64,000 nt of DNA from the human T2T-CHM13v2.0 reference genome, Homo sapiens, in assembly GCF_009914755.1 (NCBI RefSeq), contig NC_060927.1; one strand, written 5' to 3'. The position numbers and the translations under genes are program-made. Under the pieces are notes generated by a model. The model was given only the letters and a program-made list of their open reading frames with translations. It made no database searches and was not told where the DNA came from. This document shows positions 39,565-51,935 of the stretch, one piece after another; position 1 is the first letter of the stretch; the number at the start of each line of letters is the position of its first letter.

Positions 39565-40676
39565 TCCATAAGATCCAGCAATTTCACTCCCAGGCATGTA
39601 CCCCAAGCAATTGAAAACAGCTAAAAGGATGATATGTATGTGAATGTTCACAGCAGCACCAACCACAATGGCTGATATGTACGTGAATGTTCACAGTAGC
39701 GCCAACCACATTGGATAAAAGGTGGAAACAGCCCAAGTATTCATCAATGGAAAAGTAGACAAACTAAGTGTGGTATATACATACAATGAAATATTATTCA
39801 CACATAAAAATGAAGGAAGTACTGATTCATGTGTAAGGGAGGCAAAATTTTACCTCTACCCTCTTAGGGTACTTTAGCTGAGCCTGCGAATTAAACTGAC
39901 ATACGACAGATTAAGAGGAGAAAGGCATACACATTTACTTAATACACGTTTTACATGACACAGGAGTCTTCAAAAGAAATGAAGATGGAAAAGAGTGGCA
40001 AAACCTACATACTTTTATACTCCATTGATCAAAGACATGCAATTGTAGGCAAGTAACTAAACTACGGGGGGAGGCTAAAGGAAGATAGAATTATTTTAAC
40101 AAGGTCTGTTTGTACAGAATTTTGGGGGTCTCGACTTCCCATCCTTGATGATAATGTTCTTTTCATTGTGGTATAGGGAGGAGATCTTCCATATGGGGTT
40201 TTTATCTCCTGTTCTCAGGAAGAAAAAGGGGAGCGTTTGAGTGCCTTTGTACCTGCTGTTTCTTTAAGTGACTTTAGCACAAAATAATCTTTATGCCAAA
40301 CTGGCAGAAGTTGGGGTGGCGTATTCTGTTACTCTTGTGCTGTAATGTGGAGAAACCTCAAAAGCATTACTCTAAGTGAAATAAGCCAGACAAAAAAGGA
40401 CAAATGTCGTATGATTTCCTTTATAAGAAATATTCAGAATAGCTGAATCCATAAAGACAGAAGAGATATTAGAGATTCCAAGGGCTGGAGGAAGTAGACA
40501 ATTAGGAGCAACTGCTTAATGGGTACAGGGTTTTCTTTTGGGGTGATGAAAATATTTTGGAACTAGATACAGGTGGTGACTTCTCAACATTGTGAATGTA
40601 CTGAATACCACTGAATTGTGTCCTTTAAAATGCTTAATTCCATTTTATTAAAATTTCACCTCAATTTTTAAAAAAC
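39565..40676 (+). mobile_element. L1MB 3' end, split by an ERV1 LTR, with a 43-bp tandem duplication
   Basis: 'ccataagatccagcaatttcactcc' ... 'tgcttaatgggtacagggttttcttttggggtgatgaaaatattttggaactagata' ... 'tttcacctcaatttttaaaaaa'. Confidence 0.9.
39832..40336 (-). mobile_element. MER34/MER39-family ERV1 solo LTR
   Basis: Ends 'tgtaagggaggcaaaattttacctctaccctc' and 'aaaataatctttatgccaaa...ggggtggcgtattctg'; the L1 sequence resumes in register on both sides. Confidence 0.85.
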
Positions 40677-41589
40677 AGGGAAAGTACCCTCACGTGTGTT
40701 TGAAGTTAACATTTGTAAATAGATGAAGACAAATATAGCCTATGGAATCTAACTCTTTAGTATACCATTAATTTTTACAAATTTAATAGTGCTTTGTATT
40801 TATCTTCATTTCCTTTTTTTTTTTTTTTTTATCTGATTCTGGAGTTTAAGACACACACAAAAAATGTAATAGCCCTCCAACTGCCCTAGGTTATGTTTTA
40901 TTGGTTAATTAATATCTCATTTAGTGGTTGAAGATATTTGAGTGTGCCTGAGTTGTGTATTAATGGAGTGCTAAAACACGCCCTGTCATGTCTTAATGCC
41001 ATGAGACAGCCTCATATTCAGTAAGTGAAAAGCGATGAAAACTTCAGTGTCTTACCACTGAAGTGCTTACTAACTTAGTCAGATGAGATTAAATGATTAA
41101 TCATTTGTTCACTAGCAATCATCAATCTTTCTCCATTCTAGTATTAGGTATTATTTTTGTTCTGGATCATTTAGGCTATAGACCATTTTCTAGTTTTTTT
41201 TTTTAGATTGTATGTGCTCTGTTCTTTCTTTTAAAGCATCCTTAAGCATATGGAAGAAACATGGACAACAAGGTATGCTATGAAAGCCCTTGAAAACTGG
41301 GTGAAAATGTTCACATAATGGGGTTTTACAGCAGGTCTCATACGTAATGAAGAACAACTATGTTATCAGAATACAAAATATGAAATCCATGTGTGAGATA
41401 AATCCAGTGTCAGTCTGGGTATTTCTTTTACATCAATAATTTAGAAAAGTGATGGACATTTCTTACTACAATGATGCATGGTTTTATGTTTCTATGGAAG
41501 TGGAGTGTTTCAAGAAATGTATGCCTATTAATATTTTGTAATGAATTTAATTAACAGCCATATTGTACTTCTTGAGGTCAGAAAAGTAA

Positions 41590-41780
41590 CATCGTATAGT
41601 GGAAGCATTTCCAGAGTTGTCTTTGGGGTCTGCCTACAGGCAAAATGTTGCATGACTGAGCAAACTCCTTTACTTCAACAAGCCCTCAATTTTCTTTATC
41701 TATAAAATGGAATAATTTTCATTTCGAGATTGTTGTAACAGTTAAATAGATTCATCTATAAAACATGTCTGGCATACTAC
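41590..41780 (+). mobile_element. MIR SINE
   Basis: 'cctcaattttctttatctataaaatggaataat...gttgtaacagttaaataga'. Confidence 0.7.
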
Positions 41781-42826
41781 CCAACTCCTCACCCATTTCA
41801 TCTTCACGTGACAAATATCACTCTTCATTCTTTAAGTTTCATTTGTAATTCTTAAATTCAATTCTTTCATTTTCATCTTCAGAGAAAAATGAATAGATGG
41901 ATTAAGAAAAGAGAATGACCGTAATTAATCTATAAAGTTAACAAAATTTCCATAAAAACCCCTCTAGGGGGTACCTTCACAATGTTTCTAAATCTCATCT
42001 AGAAAAATAAGTGATTTGTGAATGCCTCAGATTCTGTTCTAGGACCTATTACCTTTATACATCCCTGGAAAATTTCATATGTTACTAAAGGCTTATTTGC
42101 TTCTATATTTTGAAAACCTCTAAATGTACTTCTCCTGTTCCCAAGACTCTCATATCCAGCTGCCTACTTGATTTCCCAGTGTGGATCTCTAATAGGCATC
42201 TCAAAGTTAAACTTAACATGCTCCGAGCTGAAATCTTGACTCCCTAGAGTCCTTCCCCAGTTTCTGTCATGTTGGTAAATGGCAATACCACTCATCCAAC
42301 CGCTAAAGTCCAAAACCTTAGAGTTTTTTAATTTCTCTATTGCTTTTACAACCCCTACCCAAAATATCAGCAAACCATTTTACCTATTTTCCAGATATGT
42401 CCAGAATCTGACCACTTCTCATCAACCATACTATTATATGGCATCCCAATCCACCATCTAATATTGCAATAGACTTGTGGCTTGTGCTTCAGCTTTCACT
42501 CTTGCCCCTCTATGGTCTATTCATTACATAATAGTCACAATGAACCTTTTAATAGCCAAATCAGTTCATGCAATTTATGGCTCCAAACTCTACAAACTTC
42601 CCATTGCTTTAAAAAGAAGCAAGTCTTTAAAAGGCCAAATCACCTTTTGTGGCTTCTGTCTCCTTGGCCCACTGCACTCCAGCCACAATGAACATTATGT
42701 GGTTGTTTTTCAAACACTGCCAGATACTCCTGCCTCAGGGCCTTTGCACGTATACTTTTCTTTGATTGGAATGATTGATCTCTGGCTATTTTTCACTGTC
42801 TTGTTTTTTTCATGCCTCTGTTTAAA

Positions 42827-43096
42827 AGTCTCTCTCTCCCTCGCTGAAGTGCAGTGGTGTGATCTTGGCTCACCACAGCCTCAACCTCTCATGCTCAAGC
42901 AATCCTCCCACATCAGCCTCCCAAGTATCCTGGAGTACAGGTATGTGCCAGCATACCAGGCTAATTTTGTTTAATTTTTTAAAGATGAGGCCTCACTGTG
43001 TTGCCCAGGCTGGTCTCAAGCTCCTAGGCTCAAGCCTTCTTCCCGCCATGGCCTCCCAAAGTGCTGGGATTATAGGCATGAGCCACCACACTGGGC
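42827..43096 (-). mobile_element. AluJ lacking its A-tail
   Basis: 'gtgcagtggtgtgatcttggctcacc...gctcaagcaatcctccc...ctcccaaagtgctgggattataggcatgagccacc'. Confidence 0.92.
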
Positions 43097-43159
43097 AATG
43101 TCCCATTTTTAAAGGGGAATTCTCCAACTACTGTACCTAAAATAATATCTCTTGTCTTG

Positions 43160-43560
43160 TGTGACGGTTAATTTTATGCATCACCCTGGCTAGGCTGTAG
43201 TGCTCAGTTATTTGGGCAAATATAAGTCTAGATGTTGCCATGAAGGTGGTAGTTACAGGCAAGTCACGTTGAAATCAGTAGATTTTGAGTGAAGCCGAGT
43301 ACTCTCTATAATATGGGTGGGCATCCTCTAATCAGTTGAAGGTGTTCACAGAAAAGACTCAGGTTTCCCAAACAGGAAATAATTCTTCCCACGGTCTGTC
43401 TTGACTCAGGCTGAGACATTAACTTCTGCCAGCATTCCCAGCATTCCCAGCATTCCCAGCATTTCCAGCATTCCCAGCATTTCCAGCATTCCCAGCCTGC
43501 TGGCCTGCCTTGCAGACCTTGCACTTTCCAGCCTCTGCAATCACATAAGCCAATGCTTCT
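43160..43560 (+). mobile_element. MLT2 (C/D-type) ERVL LTR
   Basis: Starts tgtgacggttaattttatg; 'ctctataatatgggtgggcatcctctaatcagttgaagg'; 'ccagcctgctggcctgccttgcagac'. Confidence 0.88.
43429..43496. repeat. 9-bp minisatellite (CCAGCATTY) x7.5
   Basis: Five CCAGCATTC and two CCAGCATTT units plus a partial unit. Confidence 0.97.
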
Positions 43561-43879
43561 TCCTTAACCTGCTTTATTTGTCTTCACAACTTATCACTCC
43601 CTTACACTATATTTTAAACCTCTTTGTTTACTCATTCATTGTCTGCCTTCCCAATTTGAAGATAGGTTTCAAGAAGAAAAAATTTTCAGTGGTATGTTCA
43701 GTGTTGTAATTCTAGCACCTAGAAAATTCCTTGGCATATATTTTTTCAAAAAGTGTATTTGTACTCCAAACATTATTTCTCAGTGAATGAATTACTAGGC
43801 ACAAGAGTTTGGAAATACTATAACTCATAATTATTTGAAACATAATTGTATGATGTTCTACCAGGCATTACAATGTATT

Positions 43880-44205
43880 TGAGTGGTAGTTGCTGGGGGC
43901 GCAGTAGGGTGTGGGGTTGGAGAGGTGTTTGTTAAAGGATACAAAACTTTAGTTAGATAGGAATAAATTCAAAAGATGTATTGTACAATGTGGTCACTAT
44001 AGTCAATAACAGTATATTGTATTCTAGAAAATCACTAATGGAGTAGATTTTCAGCATTATCACCACAAATAAATAAATAAGTGTGAGGTAACATATATGT
44101 TAATTAGCTGTATTTAGAAATTATATAATAAATATATATTTCTAAATATTCTGTTCTGTGCAAGAAATACATAATTTTTGTCAATTTAAAAATTTATTAA
44201 TTAAA
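43880..44205 (+). mobile_element. L1MA 3' end
   Basis: 'ttaaaggatacaaaactttagttagataggaataaattcaa...gagtagattttcagcattatcaccacaaa'. Confidence 0.88.
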
Positions 44206-44289
44206 GAGAATCTTGGCATATAAACTTTTGAACAAGCAATACATCTGTAACCAAACATACATCTGCTTCTTCTTAGTTTGTCTGCTTTT

Positions 44290-44588
44290 TTTTTTTTTTT
44301 TTTGAGACAGAGTCTTGCTCTGTCGCCCAGGCTGGAGGGCAGTGGCACAATCTCGACTCACTGCCACTTCCGCCTCCAGGATTCAGGATTCAAGCAATTC
44401 TCTGCCTCAGCCTCCTGAATAGCTGGGATTACAGGAACCCACCACCATGCCTGGCTGATTTTTGTATTTGTAGTAGAGAGGGGGTTTCACCAGGCTGGCC
44501 AGTCTGGTCTTGAACTCCTGACCTCATGATCCACCCTCCTCAGCCTCCCAAAGTGCTGGGATTACAGGCCTGAGCCACTGCGCCCAGC
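44290..44588 (-). mobile_element. AluS
   Basis: Perfect 15-bp TSD agtttgtctgctttt; internal 7-bp duplication caggatt. Confidence 0.97.
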
Positions 44589-45720
44589 AGTTTGTCTGCT
44601 TTTAATGCATGAGTCTGTATACACCCCATCCACTTAAATTTATCTGGTTTTCCTTTCTACCCCTCATAGGTCAACCTAGTCTTTACCTTACTCCTGCTCA
44701 TTACCCAGAACTCCAAAACTAAATCCATTCTTAGTAAGATGCTACCACTGATCTCATGACCTTATTGGAGGGATGATATTTGGAAGATTACACCTGCCAC
44801 TGTCCTTTCCCTCAATTTCTCCGCAACATAAGGCTTTGTATAGGTAATGCCCTTTACTGAAAAGTAGGGGAAAATATAATACAGGAATAAAAAAACTTAA
44901 ATATGGATGCTACATATGACTGTCCCTAGATTCCAAAGAAAATGTGAAGTGAAAAAATGATATCTTGTATAGGAGTCCCTTTGTTGACACTCCTCAGCCC
45001 TAAGCTTTGCTTCTCTATCCCAATGTCCAACCTCTATTCTTCATCATCTGGAGAATACACTCCACTTCCTTCTCAAATAACATATGGCTTGACTTTCAGG
45101 AGTACATTTCTCAAGTCCTAAATTATTCCTTCTGGACAAACATTATGGAAAAGAAATCAACTGTAGGCTTTGATCACCCAATCAGTCTCTTTTGAGATCT
45201 TTTCAAAGAATGAAAAGGCACCTGTTCATTCTTCCTGCAGCCATTCTGTTACAGGTAACTATTCGACCAAACACTGAAAGTAGAGTCAGAGTTAGCAAAT
45301 GTGAAGACACACATGTACGTGCAACAGACATTTCAAAGAGTATACATTAAAACTATATCAATGGAGAGAAACAACTTCCTAAAATCTATGTCATCTCCAA
45401 AAATCCCCCTAAAGATCTACAATGGAGACAATTTTACATTGCTTTACAGACTATGAATTCTCCTTTTTTTAATGATGGTTCCAAGCTAGCCCGTGTGTGT
45501 GCTGATATACAAATAAGTAGGGCAAATTACTAGACCTTATCAAAGAACAGAGACACAATGGTTTGGCCAACTTTATTTACATAAAGACCTGGCCAAAGGT
45601 TTAAAACTCAGAATTTGTTTTTTCATTTAATCCAGGAATGAGAGTCAAACACCCAAACACCGGTGGAGGGGAGGTTTTAAAACCTGGGGTGGTGGGGGGA
45701 CAGTAAAAATAGTTTATTTT

Positions 45721-46014
45721 ATTTAATTAATTTTTTTATTAGAGATAATCTCAATCTGTCACCCGGGTTGGAGTGCAATGACACAATCACAGCTCACTGC
45801 GTCCTTGACTTCCTGGGATCAAGCAATCCTACTGCCTCAGCCTCCTAAGTAGCTGACACTACAGGCGAAGGCCACCATACCTGGCTAATTTGTGTACTTT
45901 TTGTAGAGACAGGGTTTCATCATGTTGCCCAGGCTGGTCTCCAACTCCGGAGCAGTCTACCCACCTGGGCCTCCCAAAGTGATGGGATTACAGGTGTGAG
46001 CCACCGCACCTGGC
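45721..46014 (-). mobile_element. AluJ
   Basis: TSD aaaatagtttatttt / aaaatagttaatttt. Confidence 0.95.
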
Positions 46015-48157
46015 AAAATAGTTAATTTTAAAGGAAAATATGGAATGTAATATATAGCCCTGCAAGGGCAGCTGTGAGGTGATTCCTGAAGTGCCTAACT
46101 ACCCTAGGACCAACAGCAAGTGACCCTGTAAAACAAAGTCAACACAGAAGCTCCTCCTTTCCTTAAAGAATAAATTCCTCTGCAGACAAAGGAGAAGGGG
46201 GTACCACATTTGTCACATTCTTCACAAAAGCAGTCACATCAGTTTTTTTATGACAGAGTGACAGCTCTGGAAAGCTCTCCACATTACTCAAAAATCTATG
46301 AGATAAAAGTTAATTTTTATTTTATTAAAGTCAGTTCTAGAAGATAAAGTTGGAAGTTGGATATCTTTGCATGGTGATTTCGCGGTTCAAAATTTTCTGA
46401 GATCCTTCCCCTTAATTTTGAACAAGGGAAGAATAAAAACAGTATCATTTTTTAATAAAATGATAGGTATCCAGTATAGCATTCCTCAAAAGAAATGCTA
46501 TTTTTTAGGGGTTATGAATCATCACTTGACATGTCCTGTGTACAGCAGCTCCCAGGCTGTGTCATAATTCTAGAAGGCTTGACACTGTAGGGAGGGCTAG
46601 GAAGCATATTTGTCATAAATCTCATAACTTATCCTGCAAAATATCAGAAAAGCTGGAAATGAATGCCAAAAGGCTATTATTGCATCTATTTATACACTGT
46701 TCACTGTATTATTATGTATCAGAATTGGATTTTATTTTAAACCAGATTTTATCAGTTTGAAGGTTAACTTTATTTTGGAGAGGGACATAAATTATTTCTC
46801 TTAAAGTTCTTTCAAAGTTTGAAATAAATTGTTTAGTTTGCATTATACTTCAGAGAAATGTCCACTGTTGGTTTGTCTTCTCAAGGGAGGGATCAAAGTC
46901 TCTGCTATGTATAATAATTGGACCCAAATACTCCAGTAATGATAAATTTCAGCCCATTATATTATCCCAATCCTCTACTGTGGAAAGTGGAGGAGATGAG
47001 AGGAATCCGAGTCAGAAATGATGGTAATATAAATAAGTTTTCAAATACCATGCTAAATTTCTTTCAAGGCTAATCATTAACTCATTCTTCCACTCAGCAG
47101 GTATTATTAAGTGTTCAATTGTGCCAGGTATGTGGAGTAGTAGCAGACAAAATGGCCTAAATCTAATACTGCAACAATCTTTTCATGTTAAATAAAATCT
47201 CCTAGCTAATAGGTGACAGAGCCAGAATTTGAACTCAATTTTGACCAGAATTCAGAGCCTGTATTTTAATTTGCTTCTTTATCCTACACTGTATTTTCTC
47301 TTACTTAATGAAACAGATTTAATTAGAAAGGCTCAACTCTATGAATTAAATATAGGGATATCATTTTTATAACATTTTATATTAACAGGTTACAGAAAAT
47401 AAGTATACTCAGTGGGGTGGGAGTAGTTCACGTCTAACAGCAAGCCTCACCCCCAGCCTTTTTACATGTACGCTGTTTGACTTATTGTCAAAAGGACACT
47501 GTTATTTTTATAGTTTCTGGAAGAGATTGATCAAAACTTCAACTATTGTGGAATTAATTTGAAAGTTTTCAAAACTACTCATTTTGCCACAGAGGATACT
47601 TTTAAAATAGACTCCCATAATCTTTAATATTCAAACATTTATAATAATACATATGGTTTTCAGAAGCATATATGATACAGTGTTAATTTTAAAGTGTTCA
47701 TGACATCAATTATGTTTTGTGAAAGATATAATACATCAGGCTTTGTTAGGACAATGCAGAGACAGCCCAGAATCATGAAGGTGGAAATAAAGATGATTTT
47801 CTTCTGCCTTAATAGCTTTAATTGCAGGATACAGTAGAATACAGCTGCTACTCCCTTCAAAGTTTCATTTCATTGCCTGTCTATAAGCTGTCACACCATG
47901 GTTGCCACTTGACTGTTATGTCACCCAATCCTGTTCCACCTGAACAAATTTGTGGCAATATGTGCTGAATGCTCCATTTCTTTGCTCTAAAGTATAAATG
48001 CACTGTGCACTACTGAAATAGGAGTAGTTTAAGTTGGTTGATGTAAACTTATTTACCATGAATAATATAGCAAGTGCTCCACTGATATAAATAAAATTTA
48101 AAGTTTAGGATTGACATTTTACTTAGAAATAAAACTAGAAATTTGCTTCATACATTC

Positions 48158-48320
48158 TTTTTAAATTTTTTAATTTTAATTTTTAATGTTTGTGGATACA
48201 TAGCAAGTGTACGTATTTATGGGCTTCATGAGATGTTTTGATATAGGCATGCAATGTGAAATAAGCACATCATGAAGAATGGGATATCCATCCCCTTAAG
48301 TATTTATCCTTTGAGTTAAA
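48158..48320 (-). mobile_element. L1MA1/2-type 3' end
   Basis: 'tgagatgttttgatataggcatgcaatgtgaaataagcacatcatgaagaatggg'. Confidence 0.9.
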
Positions 48321-48544
48321 ATGTGAAATCTTGTGATGATTTGAACACGGTGGCATAGTTAATTATAAAGAATATCAAATCCTTTATTTGATATGTCTAT
48401 AGGTCTTTTAAACAAGAGAAAAAAACAAAAGGAATTAAACCAACCCCTGAACAACAGCAAACTTGGCAAGAAAAATGTAGATGATTTATTGCAATATATT
48501 ATCTAAAAGTCTCATTAAAAATTTTAGCTTTCATGGAACAACCA

Positions 48545-48585
48545 TGTAGTAGTCAGGGTTCTCTTAGAGGGACAGAACTAACAGG

Positions 48586-48626
<41 letters not shown>

Positions 48627-49029
48627 CGCACGCATGTGTGTGTGCAAAGGGGAGTTATTAAGTATTAACTTACATGATCACAAAGTCCCACAATAGGCTG
48701 TCTGCAGGCTGAGGAGCAAGGAGACCCAGTCCAAGACCCAAAACTGAAGAACCTGGAGTTCAATATTTGAGGGCAGGAAGCATCCAGCATGGGAGAAAGA
48801 TGTAGGCTGGGAGGCTAGGCCCGTCTCTCCTTTTCATGTTTTTCTGCCTGCTTTATATTCGCGGGAAGCTGGTTAGTTAGCGCCCACCAGAATAACGGTG
48901 GATCTGCCTTCCCCAGCCCACTGACTCAAATGTTAATCTCTTTTGGCAACACCCACACTGAAACACCCAGAATTAATACTTTGTATCCCTCAATACAATC
49001 AAGTTGATAAACTCAGTATTAGCATCACA
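48545..49029 (-). mobile_element. MLT2A1-type (HERV-L) LTR with internal (TA)n(TG)n tract
   Basis: 'tgtagtagtcagggttctcttagagggacagaacta' ... 'caatcaagttga...cagtattagcatcaca'. Confidence 0.93.
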
Positions 49030-49032
49030 AGT

Positions 49033-49475
49033 CCATATGATCTCACTACTGGGTATATATTCAAAGGAAAAAGTATCGGTATACTGAAAAGATGTTTGAA
49101 CTCCCATGTTCATTGCAGCATTATTCACAATAACCAAGATATGAAATTAACCTAAGTGTCCATCAACAGATGAATAAATATAGAAAATGTGGTATATATT
49201 CCCAATGGAGTACTAGTCAGCCTTATTACAAAAAGAAAATTTCGTGACAACACAGATGAACCTGGAACATATTATGTTAAGTGAAATAAGCCAGGCACAG
49301 AAAGAAAACTACCTCTCAATCTCACTTACATGTAGAATATTAAAAAGTTGAAGATCATGAAAACAGAGAGTCAAACGGTGATTAGTGGATGGTGGGAGGT
49401 GAGGTTATAGGGGAGATGTTGGTTAAAGTATGCAAAATTTAAGTTAGGTAGGAGAAACACAGCCAAGAGACCTGT
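49033..49475 (+). mobile_element. L1MA ORF2 end / 3'UTR fragment
   Basis: 'cactactgggtatatattcaaagg...cccatgttcattgcagcattattcacaata...ttaagtgaaataagccaggcacagaaaga'. Confidence 0.9.
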
Positions 49476-50060
49476 TTTTAAAAGTTTGGCTTTCAAATAA
49501 TTCACTGAACGTGTCTGGTTTTCATTACTCTTTTCTTTCTGCATTCAAATGTGTCATGAAAATCATTATGTAGATAACTAGAGTTAAGCTCAGATTTGCT
49601 CTTTCTCGTGTAAAATGAATGATTATGATTTGCCATGATTTGTAAACAGAATAGTCCTTTTTTTATATCATTTTCTCTCTTCATCCACTAACCTAGCAAA
49701 CGACAATGATTTAAATTATGGGTGGCACAGTATGTAATGAAAAATACGCATAACAAAAACTTTGTTTTACAATGTTTGGCCACTGAGAACACTTTAAAAA
49801 ATATATGTAAAATAGAGGTTTTGTACGACGTTGGTCATGTTCACTATGCAGTTGTACACTTTCATGAGTGCACTGCCTCTTCCGCAAAAACACTCACTGT
49901 GACTTGATAAAAGCCATACGTTTGTTTAGAAAGTGAGAGACAGAAAATGATGCAGAAAGCAACGGCCAGCGCCTAATGACCGTGAAGAACTATGAGATCC
50001 GTCAGACTAATTCTTTCTTGAGAGGGACAGTTCTAGTAAATTGAAATTTGGTAGGCATAA

Positions 50061-50427
<367 letters not shown>

Positions 50428-50994
50428 GAAAATATTCTTTAAACTGTGAAAACAGTTTGCAGGTCTAGCCGCTAGCGTTAGGCTATTGATGATAGTCTTC
50501 ATTTTGGGGTGCCAAGAGTTCATATTGTTTCAAATTTCATCATTGGCTTAGAAGATGGAAAACCACACACATTTATTATGTTTGCTGTTGACACTAAGCT
50601 TTATTTTTGTATGTGGTAAATGAGCAGTGTGGGCAAATGGGATAAACAATTATTGAAAAGGAGAGAAAGAAGAAATTGAAGACACCTTAGATTTGAAAAA
50701 AACAGTATCAATATAAAGTTGAGAATTATTTTTGAAAAATGTAATTAAGGATCCTTTCCTGGATTATGACTAACTACCTAAACAAAATCACATTTAGATC
50801 AATTAATAAAAGGAGTACGACTGATGATTTGATCTTTTGGTAAAATGCAGCACAGATTAGTTAGATTTTCTGGAACAACCAGGCAAAAACCATCGGTTGT
50901 TTCCTCAATTAGGAGCTCTGGCTTCCTTGGCCACACTAACCACTAGCAGCTAAAGATAGTTCAGCATTTAAAAAAAAAAAATGCTATTAGTATG

Positions 50995-51444
50995 TGTTGT
51001 GGGCTGCACTGTGACCTCCAAGAGGGTATGTTCAAGTGCCAACTGCTGGCACCTGTGAATGTGATCTTATTTGGAAACAGGGTTTTTGCATATGTACTCA
51101 AGTTAAGATGAGGTCATACTGCGGTAGGGTGGACCCTAACTCCAATATAGCTGTATCCTTGTAAGATGAGAAGTAGAAACACAGACACAGAAACGGGTGT
51201 TCTACCCACTGACAGAGGGAATGACAGACAGAAATTGGAATGAGGCATCTACAAGGCAAAAGACATCATGGATTGCAGGCAACCACAAGAAGCTAGAAAG
51301 AGCCAAGAAACATTTTTTCCCCTAGAGCCTTGACCCTGTCAACACCTTGATTTCAGACTCCAGGAACAAGAGAGAATATATTTCTGTTGCCTTAGGCTAC
51401 CCATTTTACGGCTTTTTGTTACTGTCCCCCAGGAAACTAATACA
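50995..51444 (+). mobile_element. MLT1B/C solo LTR
   Basis: tgttgtgggctg ... ggaaactaataca; perfect TSD GTATG (50990-50994 / 51445-51449). Confidence 0.92.
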
Positions 51445-51824
51445 GTATGTCATCCATAAAAGAAAGAGTCACAAAAGTTTTTTTCAGTCCAGTGAAAGTA
51501 AATGAATATTTATATTTTATACACTTACACATTTGTAGGTAACACCTTGGAGCTATGATAGTAAGTCACATAAACAGAAACTCCATTTTGAAAAGCACTG
51601 ATGAAGGAACTGCAAAAAATAGAGATACTGACTCACCTGAATATGAGCACCTGCATTCTTCACTGACATCACCATTATCCCCCTGAAACAGCTCTGCCAG
51701 CGTCTCTGTCTAGTTCAACAGCCCTCGGTGAATTCCTTTTACTTACAAAGGGAAACTCCATATTCTTCAGCTGGGCACACATATCTTTTACAATGTAATA
51801 TCTTGCTTTTAAAAAATATATACA

Positions 51825-51935
51825 CCATAGAAATTTATTACTCATGATTCTGGAGTCTGGGAAGTCCAAGATCGAGTTGCCAGCAGTAAAAGTGTCCTGT
51901 GAGGGCTGCTTTCTGTTTCCAAGATTGCATTTTGA
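51825..51935 (-). mobile_element. MST/MLT1A LTR fragment
   Basis: 'agaaatttattactcatgattctggagtctgggaagtccaagatcgag'. Confidence 0.8.

Larger units (their letters stand above)
42020..43790 (+). mobile_element. L2a 3' portion hosting AluJ and MLT2 insertions
   Basis: 'catatccagctgcctacttga...tctaataggcatctcaaa', 'cctgcctcagggcctttgcac', 'ctagcacctagaa...ggcatat'. Confidence 0.88.

Noticed and set aside
43306-43709. WEC/WKC-repeat and SIP-repeat proteins
   Set aside because: Translations of the 9-bp minisatellite in an LTR; no coding context
45222-45260. 14-nt micro-exon (cttcctgcag|CCATTCTGTTACAG|gtaact)
   Set aside because: Not a multiple of 3, only a moderate donor, and no supporting context
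45661-45700. G-quadruplex
   Set aside because: Only three runs of three or more G; not a canonical motif
49700-50010. CpG-retaining unique segment as an exon or pseudogene
   Set aside because: No recognisable protein or RNA similarity and no convincing splice pair; could be regulatory but unsupported
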